64,000 nucleotides of DNA from Oscillospiraceae bacterium (GTDB lineage Bacteria; Bacillota; Clostridia; Oscillospirales; Ruminococcaceae). Below are positions 18,865 to 28,442 of this stretch, one piece after another (within the stretch, counting starts at the first letter, position 1; the number at the start of each line of letters is the position of its first letter). The position numbers and the translations under genes are program-made. Location of the stretch: positions 8,116-72,115 of the forward strand of contig JAFSCU010000008.1 in the NCBI GenBank assembly GCA_017436575.1, read 5' to 3'. The notes below the pieces were generated by a model that was given only the letters and a program-made list of their open reading frames with translations, was not told where the DNA came from and ran no database searches.

Positions 18865-19887
18865 ATGACAAAGCATAAGAATTTATCAATATTTGTGCCA
18901 CATGAAGGCTGTCCAAACCAGTGCAGCTTCTGTGACCAGAAAAAAATCAGCGGCACACAGAATCCGCCTTCTCCACAGGAAGTTGCACAGTTGTGTGATG
19001 AATTTCTGCCACACACAAAAGAGGAAGGCGAAAACTATGAAATTGCCTTTTTCGGTGGCAGTTTCACAGCCATTGACAGGGAGTATATGCTGTCACTTTT
19101 ACAGGCGGCATATCCTTTTGTCCGGCGGGGCAGGGCAGCAGGTATACGCTGTTCCACACGCCCCGATGCCATCACACCTGAAATACTGGATATACTTAAA
19201 GCATACGGAGTTACTTCCATAGAACTGGGTGCCCAGAGTATGCAGGATGATGTGCTGAAAATGAATCTGCGCGGCCATACAGTGCAGGATGTTTTTGATG
19301 CATCTGTACTTATAAAGCAGTACGGTTTCTCACTGGGGCTGCAGATGATGCCCGGGCTGTACGGCTGCCGGGACTATATGGCGTATGCTGTGGATACAGC
19401 AGAAAAATTTATACAGATAATGCCGGACACTGTCCGCATTTATCCCACACTTATCCTGAAAGACACTTTGCTTGAAAAGCTTTACCAAAACCGTATGTAC
19501 ACACCTTTGACTGTGGACCAGGCGGTGGAAATATGTGCAGTTTTAGTAAAGATGTTCAATGAAAAAAACATCAGGATTATAAAACTGGGGCTTCATGCCG
19601 ACACTTGCATGGAACTGGGTCTGGTGGCAGGTCCTTATCATCCTGCGCTTAAAGAACTAGTGCAAAGCAGAATGTTCCTGGACCGATTTATGGCAGATTT
19701 TTCCGCAAAGCCGGTGGGAAATTATACTGTGCTGGTAAATCCCAGACAGCGTTCCCAGGCTACCGGGCAGAAAAAGACAAATATTATCGCTTTGAAACAG
19801 GCCGGTTACAATGTAACCATAAAAGAAGACAACACCATCAGATATGATGACTATATAATTTTGGAAGGGGAAAAACAGTGTATTTAA
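18865..19887 (+). CDS. radical SAM protein (ELP3/HemN-like family, conserved between rnc and smc in Clostridia)
   Basis: 340 aa. CPNQCSFCDQ CxxxCxxC cluster motif at residues 16-23. Confidence 0.8.
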   Translation: MTKHKNLSIFVPHEGCPNQCSFCDQKKISGTQNPPSPQEVAQLCDEFLPHTKEEGENYEIAFFGGSFTAIDREYMLSLLQAAYPFVRRGRAAGIRCSTRPDAITPEILDILKAYGVTSIELGAQSMQDDVLKMNLRGHTVQDVFDASVLIKQYGFSLGLQMMPGLYGCRDYMAYAVDTAEKFIQIMPDTVRIYPTLILKDTLLEKLYQNRMYTPLTVDQAVEICAVLVKMFNEKNIRIIKLGLHADTCMELGLVAGPYHPALKELVQSRMFLDRFMADFSAKPVGNYTVLVNPRQRSQATGQKKTNIIALKQAGYNVTIKEDNTIRYDDYIILEGEKQCI

Positions 19888-22800
19888 AAGCTATTGAGCT
19901 TCACGGCTTTAAATCTTTTCCGGAAAAAACTAAAATTGAATTTGAAAAAGGTATGTCCGGCGTTGTAGGACCAAACGGTTCCGGCAAAAGTAATATTTCC
20001 GACGCTATACGCTGGGTTCTGGGTGAAACCCGTTCCAGTCAGCTGCGTGCTGCAGGCAAAATGGAAGATATTATTTTTGGCGGTACACAGAAACGCAGCC
20101 CTATGGGGTTTGCATCTGTAAGCCTTATTCTGGACAATACTGACGGCGCATTTGATGTGGAAAGTGACGAAGTTGCAGTAATGAGAAAATATTACCGTGG
20201 CGGCGACAGCGAATACTACATCAATGGTGCAAGAGTGAGACTGCGCGACATTCAGGAACTGTTCTTTGATACAGGTCTTGGCAAAAACGGCTATTCTGTT
20301 GTAGGTCAGGGCAAGGTAAGCGAAATTGTTACATCCAAACCTGAAGGCAGACGAGAAATTTTTGAAGAGGCTTCAGGTATTGCCAAATTCCGTTTTAAAA
20401 AGAACGAAGCAGAGAAGAAACTGCAGTCTGCAGAAGGCAATATCACCAGACTTTCAGATATCCTTATGGGGCTGGAAGAACGTGTGGAACCACTGCGAAA
20501 AGAAAGTGAAAAAGCAAAAGAATACTTACAGCTGGAAGCAAAGAAAAAAGAACTGGAAATTTCACTGTGGATTGACACAGTGGATAAATCCAAAGAACTT
20601 ATCCGCGCACAGCAGCGCAGACTGGAAATTTTCACAGACGATTACAACAATGTGAATTCCAGACTGGAAGAAACTGAAAAATATATTGAAGAAAGATACC
20701 TGTATGCCAACAATCTGCTGGTAAAACAGGATGAAAATATTACTGCCATCAGACAGGCTGAAAGTGAAATCGGTCAGTTTGTCAGTGAAAAAGCTGTTGC
20801 AGAAAGTGAGAAAAACTTTACAGCAAACCAGATAATCAGTCTGGAAACTGACCTGGCGGATTTTGAAAATGAAGGTCTGGCTGACAGCGGTGAAAAGCAG
20901 CGTCTGGAAGAAAAAATCAGCAGTATTTCTGCTGAAATTGATACAAACCAGAAAAAACAGGCATCTTTCCAGATGCAGCTGGACGCCCTGGCAATGCAGG
21001 CAGTACAGTCCGGTGATGAAAAAAGCAAGCTGGCTGTGCAGATGAATGCTGTAAACATCCGCCTGCAGGATGAAAGAATTGAAATGGGGTCTATCGACAG
21101 CACAAACCAGGCCGTAAAAGACAACCTTTCGTTGGCAAAGGAAAACCTGGCAAAAGCACAGGAATATGCACAGCAGAGCAAAAAGCAGGCCGATGATGTA
21201 AAAGAGTTTATCGAGCTGACCAACGAAACAATCACAAGAAATATGAATATCCGTGGCGGTCTGGTGATGAAGAAAAATTCAGCACAGACAAAACTGGATA
21301 CAGCCATCAAACAGGCAGATGACAATATCTCTGCCCAGCGCCAGGCACAGGAAAGGGTGCGAATCCTTACTGAAATGGAAAACAGTATGGAAGGCTTTCA
21401 GCATTCTGTAAAACAGGTGCTGAAACGCAGTAAAGAAGGCGGTCTTGGTGGTGTTCACGGCAGTGTGGCACAGCTTATCAGTGTAGAAAAAGGCTATGAA
21501 ACAGCTATTGAAATTGCACTGGGCTATGCCTTGCAGAATATTGTGGTGGAAAATGAAGCTGCAGCAAAAAGAGGTATTGAGTACCTGAAAAGCACAAATG
21601 GCGGCCGTGCCACATTCCTGCCACTGGATACTGTAAAACCTGCTAATTTCAACGAAAAACTGCCTGAATGGGCAAGAACAGGTGACAGCGTTATAAAAGC
21701 AGATGGCAGATATGCAAATATTATTTCCAGCCTGCTGGGCAGAACTGTGATAGTGGAAGACATCAACTCTGCGTCATCACTGGCCAGAAAACTGAATTAC
21801 AGATACAGAATTGTTACACTGGACGGCCAGGTGGTTAACGCCGGCGGTTCATTTACAGGCGGTTCTGTAAGCAAAAGTGCAGGTCTGTTTACAAGAAAAA
21901 CAGAAATACAGGCTCTTAAAACCAAAATGGACAAACTGGCAGAAGATTATAAACTGCTGGACAAAAACAGACTGGCAGCCCAGGATGCTATGGACAAAAT
22001 CAACAGCCAGATTGAAGGCTGTGACGGTGAAGTAGCAAACCTGACAAATGAAAAAGTCAATGCTGAAATCGAATATGCCCGTCTGGAACAGGTTTTTACA
22101 TCCTATCAGAACAATGTGGAAAACCTGGAAAATGATATAGATAATTATTCCAGAACACTGGAAAACAACAACAAACGCAAACTGCAGCTGGCACAGCTTA
22201 TTGCACAGGATGAAAAACAGATTCTTGATTTGCAGACACAGCTGGACAGTCTGGGCGCCCAGGACGAAGAAAGCCTGAAAAAACAGGCGGAACTTACTGC
22301 TGTTATCCAGCAGATCAAACTGGATGTGGTTACACTGGATGGTCGTCTTTCTCTGGAAAAGAACAACCTGACACAGCTGGAAAACAGTCTGGCAGGCAGA
22401 GAAAGCAGAAAGGAAAAAATCCTTTCAGATATAGCCGGTTACAAAATGCTTATTGCAGAAAAAGACAGTCTTGTTGAAAAAATTACAGACAGCATTGCCC
22501 GGTTAAGACGGCAGATAGCCGACAAAGAAACAGAAAACCAGCTGTTTACACAGCAACGTCTGGAAATTGAAGCTGAAAGAGTGCAGCTGAACAACGATAA
22601 TAAAGCATTGCTGTCACAGCGTGAAGACCTGTCCAACCAGATTACAAAGGTAACTGACAGAATTGCATCAATGGAAACAGCCTATGATGACATAATTGCC
22701 AAACTCTGGGAAGAATATGAACTGACAGTGTGGACTGCCAGAGATTACTGCGTGGAAATCACTGACGAAGCTGAAATGAAAAAACAGCTTACATTTACAA

Positions 22801-23435
22801 AAAATGCCATCAGAAGACTGGGCAGTGTAAACACTTCAGCCATTGAAGAATATAAAGAAGTCAGCGAAAGATATACATATCTTAAAGCTCAGCTGGAAGA
22901 CCTTAACCAGAGCAGAGCCCAGCTGACAAAACTTATCAGTTCACTGAACGCTGAAATGAAAGCACTGTTTACCCAGAGTTTTGATATTATCAATGAAAAC
23001 TTTGGCCGCATATTTGCCGAACTTTTTGGCGGCGGCAGTGCAAGACTGGAACTTACAGATACAGAAGATGTACTTAACAGCGGTATTGAAATTATAGTAA
23101 GTCCTCCTGGTAAAGTTATCAAAAGCCTCAATGCCCTTTCAGGTGGTGAACAGGCCCTGGTGGCCATTTCCATTTATTTTGCTATTCTGGCACACAATCC
23201 GTCCCCATTCTGTGTACTGGACGAAATCGAGGCAGCCCTTGACGATGTGAATGTAACCAGATATGCAAACTATCTTAAACGTATCTGTGACAAAACACAG
23301 TTTATTGTTATTACACACCGTCGCGGTACTATGGAAGCCGCAGATGTCCTTTACGGCGTAACCATGCAGGAAGACGGTATTTCCAAGCTGTTGAAGCTGG
23401 ATGTAAACAACCTTTCACCAGCAATTCTTAATTAA
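19878..23435 (+). CDS. smc: chromosome segregation protein SMC
   Basis: 1185 aa with a GTG start. GPNGSGKSNISDAIRWVLGE Walker A, long coiled coils, a hinge, and LSGGEQALVAISIYFAI signature with D-loop. Confidence 0.95.
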   Translation: MYLKAIELHGFKSFPEKTKIEFEKGMSGVVGPNGSGKSNISDAIRWVLGETRSSQLRAAGKMEDIIFGGTQKRSPMGFASVSLILDNTDGAFDVESDEVAVMRKYYRGGDSEYYINGARVRLRDIQELFFDTGLGKNGYSVVGQGKVSEIVTSKPEGRREIFEEASGIAKFRFKKNEAEKKLQSAEGNITRLSDILMGLEERVEPLRKESEKAKEYLQLEAKKKELEISLWIDTVDKSKELIRAQQRRLEIFTDDYNNVNSRLEETEKYIEERYLYANNLLVKQDENITAIRQAESEIGQFVSEKAVAESEKNFTANQIISLETDLADFENEGLADSGEKQRLEEKISSISAEIDTNQKKQASFQMQLDALAMQAVQSGDEKSKLAVQMNAVNIRLQDERIEMGSIDSTNQAVKDNLSLAKENLAKAQEYAQQSKKQADDVKEFIELTNETITRNMNIRGGLVMKKNSAQTKLDTAIKQADDNISAQRQAQERVRILTEMENSMEGFQHSVKQVLKRSKEGGLGGVHGSVAQLISVEKGYETAIEIALGYALQNIVVENEAAAKRGIEYLKSTNGGRATFLPLDTVKPANFNEKLPEWARTGDSVIKADGRYANIISSLLGRTVIVEDINSASSLARKLNYRYRIVTLDGQVVNAGGSFTGGSVSKSAGLFTRKTEIQALKTKMDKLAEDYKLLDKNRLAAQDAMDKINSQIEGCDGEVANLTNEKVNAEIEYARLEQVFTSYQNNVENLENDIDNYSRTLENNNKRKLQLAQLIAQDEKQILDLQTQLDSLGAQDEESLKKQAELTAVIQQIKLDVVTLDGRLSLEKNNLTQLENSLAGRESRKEKILSDIAGYKMLIAEKDSLVEKITDSIARLRRQIADKETENQLFTQQRLEIEAERVQLNNDNKALLSQREDLSNQITKVTDRIASMETAYDDIIAKLWEEYELTVWTARDYCVEITDEAEMKKQLTFTKNAIRRLGSVNTSAIEEYKEVSERYTYLKAQLEDLNQSRAQLTKLISSLNAEMKALFTQSFDIINENFGRIFAELFGGGSARLELTDTEDVLNSGIEIIVSPPGKVIKSLNALSGGEQALVAISIYFAILAHNPSPFCVLDEIEAALDDVNVTRYANYLKRICDKTQFIVITHRRGTMEAADVLYGVTMQEDGISKLLKLDVNNLSPAILN

Positions 23436-23447
23436 AGGAGAACCATT

Positions 23448-24371
23448 ATGGGTTTGTTTGACAAATTGAAAAACGGTCTGAAAAAGACAAAAGGCGGTGT
23501 TTTCGGTTCTATAACAAAGGCACTGTCCAATTCAGAAATTGATGATGATATGTATGAAGACCTGCTGGACCAGCTTATTCTGGCAGATGTCGGCTATGAA
23601 ACCAGCCAGTATCTGGTAGACCAGCTGGAAGCAAAGGTAAAAAGAGATAAAATCACCACAGGCCGGCAGGCACTGGAAACTATGAAACAGACTATTGTTG
23701 AATTGCTGTCTGCTGACAGGGAAATGGATTATTCCAAAAAACCTACAGTTATCCTGATTATCGGTGTAAACGGCGTGGGCAAAACCACTTCCATCGGCAA
23801 ACTGGCAAACCTGTACAAACAGCAGGGCAATAAAGTTCTGCTGGCAGCAGGTGATACATTCCGTGCTGCTGCAGCCAGCCAGCTGAATGAATGGGCAAAC
23901 CGTGCAGGTGTAGATATTGTAATGCACGGTGAAGGTGCTGACCCTGCATCTGTAGTATTTGATGCGGTGCAGAAAGCAACAAACGAAAATTACGACATTG
24001 TTATCTGTGACACTGCAGGCCGTCTGCACAACAAGAAAAACCTTATGGCAGAACTTTCAAAAATCCGCCGCGTTGTTACAAAGGCAAACAGCGAAGCAGG
24101 TGTGGAAACACTGCTGGTGCTGGAAGCTGTTACAGGTCAGAACGCAATCAGCCAGGCAAAAGAATTTATCTCTGCTGCTGATGCAACAGGTATTGTGCTG
24201 ACAAAGCTGGACGGCACAGCCAAAGGCGGCAGTGTTATTTCCATTAAACGTAATCTGGGTGTGCCGGTGCGCTTTATTGGCGTAGGCGAAGGCATGGATG
24301 ACCTGATGGTTTTTGACCCACAGGCTTTTGCCGACACACTGGTAAGCCTGGAAGAAAGCGAGGAAGAATAA
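23448..24371 (+). CDS. ftsY: signal recognition particle receptor FtsY
   Basis: 307 aa. GVNGVGKTTSIGKLA, DTAGRLHNK and LTKLDGTAKGG SRP-GTPase motifs. Confidence 0.95.
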   Translation: MGLFDKLKNGLKKTKGGVFGSITKALSNSEIDDDMYEDLLDQLILADVGYETSQYLVDQLEAKVKRDKITTGRQALETMKQTIVELLSADREMDYSKKPTVILIIGVNGVGKTTSIGKLANLYKQQGNKVLLAAGDTFRAAAASQLNEWANRAGVDIVMHGEGADPASVVFDAVQKATNENYDIVICDTAGRLHNKKNLMAELSKIRRVVTKANSEAGVETLLVLEAVTGQNAISQAKEFISAADATGIVLTKLDGTAKGGSVISIKRNLGVPVRFIGVGEGMDDLMVFDPQAFADTLVSLEESEEE

Positions 24372-24970
24372 TGATTTTTGCTGCTGCTACAAACAATGCC
24401 AAAAAACTGAAAGAAATAAAAAGAATCCTCAATGCCCTGGGACACGATGCAAAGACTCTTAAAGAACTGGGTATCGAAATTGAAATAGAAGAAAACGGCA
24501 CTACTTTTGCAGAAAATGCAGTTATAAAAGCAAAAGCCATTGCAGATATCTGCAAAATGCCTACAATCAGTGATGATTCCGGCCTGGAAGTGGATTTTCT
24601 GAATGGTGCACCGGGCGTTTATACAGCACGATATGCAGGTGAAAACGCCACAGATGATGAAAATATAGACAAACTGCTGACTGCTCTTTCAGGTGTTCCA
24701 CAGGAAAACAGAGGCGCTGCCTTTGTTTCCAGTGTATGCCTGTATGTACCGGTGGAAAATGGCGAAGATATTTCTGTTGTCTGCACAGGTAAATGCGAAG
24801 GCTGGATTGGCTATGAACGAATTGGTGATGGCGGTTTTGGCTATGACCCAATCTTTATGGTGGGTAATGCCAGCTATTCCGAAATGAGTGCAGATGAAAA
24901 GGATGCCATTTCTCACCGCGGCAAAGCACTGCGCCTTCTGGGGGAAGAAATAGCTGAAATGCAGTTTTAA
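24371..24970 (+). CDS. rdgB: non-canonical purine NTP pyrophosphatase (RdgB/HAM1 family)
   Basis: 199 aa. The start overlaps the ftsY stop. ..ENGTTFAENA..SDDSGLEVD..FGYDPIF..SHRGKAL motifs. Confidence 0.9.
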   Translation: MIFAAATNNAKKLKEIKRILNALGHDAKTLKELGIEIEIEENGTTFAENAVIKAKAIADICKMPTISDDSGLEVDFLNGAPGVYTARYAGENATDDENIDKLLTALSGVPQENRGAAFVSSVCLYVPVENGEDISVVCTGKCEGWIGYERIGDGGFGYDPIFMVGNASYSEMSADEKDAISHRGKALRLLGEEIAEMQF

Positions 24971-24971
24971 T

Positions 24972-25220
24972 TTGATAAGAAAATCTTATCAATCTTTCGC
25001 ATATAAAATTCGTTAGAATTTTATTGTACTTTTCTGCGAGAAAAGTACCAAAAGCGTGGGGAGTTGCGATTCTCCCCACACCCCTCAACGCGGAATATGT
25101 ACCATATTGCCTTACATACAGCAGTGCTACTGCGTGCAGTTTCGCACGCAACGCACACGAGTTTTATGTGTATGACGGCAAATACATATTTTATATGAGG
25201 AGAGGAGTTGCACCCTCTCC
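24972..25220. repeat. cluster of at least six perfect stem-loops in a 332-nt GC-enriched spacer
   Basis: Hairpins at 24972-24992, 25026-25048, 25056-25079, 25094-25108, 25131-25150 (nested in GTGC..GCAC at 25124-25156) and 25199-25220. The loops of two of them share GAGTTGC. Confidence 0.45.
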
Positions 25221-25302
25221 ATTACACCTTTCCCGAAATATAAATATTAACCAAAAATTTACAAAACATTTAATTTATATACAAGATTATAAAGGAGAAA
25301 AT

Positions 25303-25608
25303 ATGATTACATCTAAACAGAGAGCATTTCTGCGTGGCCAGGCTCAGCCACTTAACGCCATTTATCAGATTGGTAAAACAGGCTTTACAGAAGAAAGTGT
25401 ACGCGGCATCGAAGAAGCACTGAATGCACGTGAACTTATTAAAATTCATGTTCTGGAAAACTGCATGTATTCAGCAAAAGAAGCAGGTGCACTGCTGGCA
25501 GAAGAACTGGGCTGTGAATGTGTACAGACTATCGGTTCCAAAATTGTTCTGTTCAAACAGAAAGACAAAGATTCAAAATTTGACCTTAAAAACCTGACAA
25601 CACTGTAA
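25303..25608 (+). CDS. yhbY: ribosome assembly RNA-binding protein YhbY (CRS1/YhbY domain)
   Basis: ATG at 25303 behind AAAGGAG. MITSKQRAFLRGQAQPLNAIYQIGKTG..., 101 aa. The in-frame upstream extension runs through the hairpin cluster and is rejected. Confidence 0.85.
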   Translation: MITSKQRAFLRGQAQPLNAIYQIGKTGFTEESVRGIEEALNARELIKIHVLENCMYSAKEAGALLAEELGCECVQTIGSKIVLFKQKDKDSKFDLKNLTTL

Positions 25609-25617
25609 TTTTTCGTT

Positions 25618-26808
25618 ATGGATATTTTATTGTTCGGCGGCTCCTTTGACCCTGTTCACAATGGTCATGAAAATATATTGCGTGCCGCCCTGGATTATAA
25701 ACATTTTGACAAAATCATAATTATGCCTATTGGCTCACCTGGTCACAAACCCAGTTGCAAAGCACCTTTTGCTGCAAGAAAGCATCTGGTGGAACTGGCA
25801 TTTGGTGACATTGGTGTGGAAATGGAAGTGTCTGACTTTGAAGGCAACAGCCGTGAAAAAAGTTACAGCTATATCACTGTTGATTATCTGAAAAATCAGT
25901 ACCCTGATGGTAAAATTTATTTTATTATCGGTGCAGACAGCGCCATAAATATGCATAAATGGATGAAATGGGAATATCTGGCACAGAAAGTGACCTTTCT
26001 GGTTTTTGACAGGGAAGAAGGGGAAAACCGGCAGCTTTTGCAGTCGGTGGAAACCATCAGACAGTATTCTCCAGACACTGTTATTATCAAAAATAAAGTA
26101 TTCCCGGTGTCCTCCACTCAGATACGCACTCTGGCGGCAGATGGTGGGGATATAACAGGGCTGGTAGACAGCAAGGTGCAGCCGGTTATAGAAAAGTACA
26201 GCCTGTATTCTGCTGATTTTTACCGGAAAAATATAGGTACAGCCAGGTTGCTTATACCTCTTATGCTGCGTGAAAACCGTGCAAAGCACACTTTCAATGT
26301 GGCAAAACTGGCTGTGGAACTGGCTGAAATGTACGGGGTGGATATACAAAAAGCCCAGCTTTCGGCCCTGCTGCACGATATTATGAAGCAGCAGCCCGAA
26401 GACATTATGTTGCACCGTGCCCGCCAAAGTGATATAATTGAAAAAATAGACCGCAAACCTATGCTTGTTTTACATGGTTTTGCGGCGGCAGATTTTGCCC
26501 GCAGGGAAATGGGTATTGAAGACCGGGAAATACTTATGGCAATTAAAAGCCATACCTGTGGCAGGCGGAATATGACTGATCTGGAAAAGATTATATATCT
26601 GGCAGATATGCTTAGTGAAGAAAGAAATTTTCCTGAAAAAGAACCTCTCCTGGCTCTGGCAAGACAGAATCTGGATATTGCTATGGAACAGGCCCTGAAA
26701 GACAGCATAAACTGGCTGAAAGAAAAGGGCGGCGCCATAGATACAGACAGTTATGAGGCACTGGAATATTTTACTGCACTTAACAACGGAGGTAAAAACA
26801 ATGGCTGA
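25618..26808 (+). CDS. nadD: fusion protein: nicotinate-nucleotide adenylyltransferase NadD + YqeK HD-domain hydrolase
   Basis: 396 aa in a single uninterrupted frame. The N-terminal half has GGSFDPVHNGH and ..ISSTQIR. The C-terminal half has ..RAKHTFNVAKLAVELA..ALLHDIMK..HTCGR.. (YqeK HD motifs). Confidence 0.85.
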   Translation: MDILLFGGSFDPVHNGHENILRAALDYKHFDKIIIMPIGSPGHKPSCKAPFAARKHLVELAFGDIGVEMEVSDFEGNSREKSYSYITVDYLKNQYPDGKIYFIIGADSAINMHKWMKWEYLAQKVTFLVFDREEGENRQLLQSVETIRQYSPDTVIIKNKVFPVSSTQIRTLAADGGDITGLVDSKVQPVIEKYSLYSADFYRKNIGTARLLIPLMLRENRAKHTFNVAKLAVELAEMYGVDIQKAQLSALLHDIMKQQPEDIMLHRARQSDIIEKIDRKPMLVLHGFAAADFARREMGIEDREILMAIKSHTCGRRNMTDLEKIIYLADMLSEERNFPEKEPLLALARQNLDIAMEQALKDSINWLKEKGGAIDTDSYEALEYFTALNNGGKNNG

Positions 26809-27925
26809 AAAAAAACAACGCCGTGTTACAGAAAGTGAAAAAAGAAGACACAGAAAAGCTGTAAAAAGAAACCGTTTTCTGGCAAAACTGGGTATTTTTG
26901 CCCTTGTTGTGTGTCTGGTGGTGTTTGGTGTAAATAAATTCATCAGCAGCAGATACCAGACAGGTGAACAGATTGATAACGACATCAAAACTGCCGATGA
27001 CCTGAAAGATAAAGTTGTAAATGTACTGGTGTGTGGCATAGACTACGAACGGGGCCGTGACCTGGGTATGACAGACGTTATTATGTATGTTACCCTGGAT
27101 GTGGAAGGCAACAAAGTTTCTGCCATGCAGATTCCACGCGATGTGTACATAGGTGACGATGTAAAAACAGGCGGCACCAAGAAAATCAATGGTGTTTATG
27201 CCCACGGTGACGAAGAAAACCAGATTATGAACCTGGTAAAAGCCATCAACGACAAGCTGGAACTGAAAGTAGACCATTATGTAACTCTGGATATGGATGC
27301 ACTGGTTGAAATGGTAAACTGGATTGACTGGGGCTTTGAAATGTATGTGCCTTGCGAAATTGTGTTGGAAGACAAGGCTACAGGCAATACAAAAGTTTTG
27401 ATAAAAGAACCGGGCTGGTATACACTTACAGGTGAAGAAGTACAGCTGATTGTAAGAAACAGAAACTATAGAAGTGCAGACACACAGCGTGCGGAAGTAC
27501 AGCGTTATTTCTATGCTTCCCTTATCAAAAACTTTACTGAAAACCTGACTGTAAGCGACTTTATCAAGGTTATGAACCGTTTTACACAGTATCTTACAAC
27601 AGATATGCACTGGACAAAAATTGCATCTATGGCAAAATTCGGTTTCTCTGTTGACTTTAATGATATGACACTTATCAAGCCTGCAACACACGGCTACAAT
27701 GTAATATATGAAGGTAAAACAAAAGAACTGAACATCCAGCACTTTGTAAAGGAAGACCTGGCTGAAACACTGAATACCTATTTCAGACCATACCAGGACC
27801 CTGTATCTGCAGACCAGCTGGAAATCCCTGGTGCACCGCCAAAAGGTGAAGTGACAAGAGACTGGGGTGTGGTGGCTGCGTCTACCACAACTATCGGTGC
27901 CCTGCTGGCCGGCGCACAGCAGTAA
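26801..27925 (+). CDS. LytR-CpsA-Psr (LCP) family cell-envelope phosphotransferase
   Basis: ATG at 26801 behind GGAGGT, overlapping the upstream stop by 8 nt. Basic N-terminus, one TM helix, then ..NVLVCGIDYERGRDLGMTDVIMYV.. (LCP core). Confidence 0.8.
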   Translation: MAEKKQRRVTESEKRRHRKAVKRNRFLAKLGIFALVVCLVVFGVNKFISSRYQTGEQIDNDIKTADDLKDKVVNVLVCGIDYERGRDLGMTDVIMYVTLDVEGNKVSAMQIPRDVYIGDDVKTGGTKKINGVYAHGDEENQIMNLVKAINDKLELKVDHYVTLDMDALVEMVNWIDWGFEMYVPCEIVLEDKATGNTKVLIKEPGWYTLTGEEVQLIVRNRNYRSADTQRAEVQRYFYASLIKNFTENLTVSDFIKVMNRFTQYLTTDMHWTKIASMAKFGFSVDFNDMTLIKPATHGYNVIYEGKTKELNIQHFVKEDLAETLNTYFRPYQDPVSADQLEIPGAPPKGEVTRDWGVVAASTTTIGALLAGAQQ

Positions 27926-28049
27926 CTGAACAAACTTATTATTGATTTAAAACTGAAAAAGTTTTAAAATATATATTATCTTTTTATATGCAATAAAAAG
28001 GGATAGCCGGGCATTAGCGGCCCGGAAATAAAATCTACAAGGAGGAAAT

Positions 28050-28406
28050 ATGAAAGGTTTAGAACTATCCACAGCTATCGCTAAAATTTTGGACGCAAAG
28101 AAAGCACACGATGTGAAAGTGCTAAAAATTGAAGACCTGACAATCGTTACAGACTATATTGTTATCGCAACAGGTACTTCTACAACACAGGTAAAAGCCC
28201 TGGCTGACGAGGTAGAATACCAGCTAGAAACACAGCACGGTATGCGCCCTTCAAGAGTAGAAGGCTACGAGTCTAAAAACTGGATATTGATGGATTACGA
28301 CACCGTTATTGTACATGTTTTCCACCCTGAAGCAAGAAATTACTACAGTCTGGACAAACTGTGGGCAGACGGCGAAGAAATCGAACTGGATCTTATTGAA
28401 GATTAA
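28050..28406 (+). CDS. rsfS: ribosome silencing factor RsfS
   Basis: 118 aa, AAGGAGG RBS. ..DYIVIATGTSTTQVKALADEV...WILMDYDTVIVHVF.. matches the iojap family. Confidence 0.9.
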   Translation: MKGLELSTAIAKILDAKKAHDVKVLKIEDLTIVTDYIVIATGTSTTQVKALADEVEYQLETQHGMRPSRVEGYESKNWILMDYDTVIVHVFHPEARNYYSLDKLWADGEEIELDLIED

Positions 28407-28442
28407 TTTATTTTGTGCATTGCACATTAAACGGAGAAAAAG

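Noticed and set aside
25024-25302. A 93-codon in-frame extension (TTG start) upstream of yhbY.
   Set aside because: It runs through the hairpin cluster. YhbY proteins are about 100 aa, and a strong AAAGGAG RBS precedes the ATG at 25303. The open frame is attributed to the GC-rich, stop-poor hairpin sequences.
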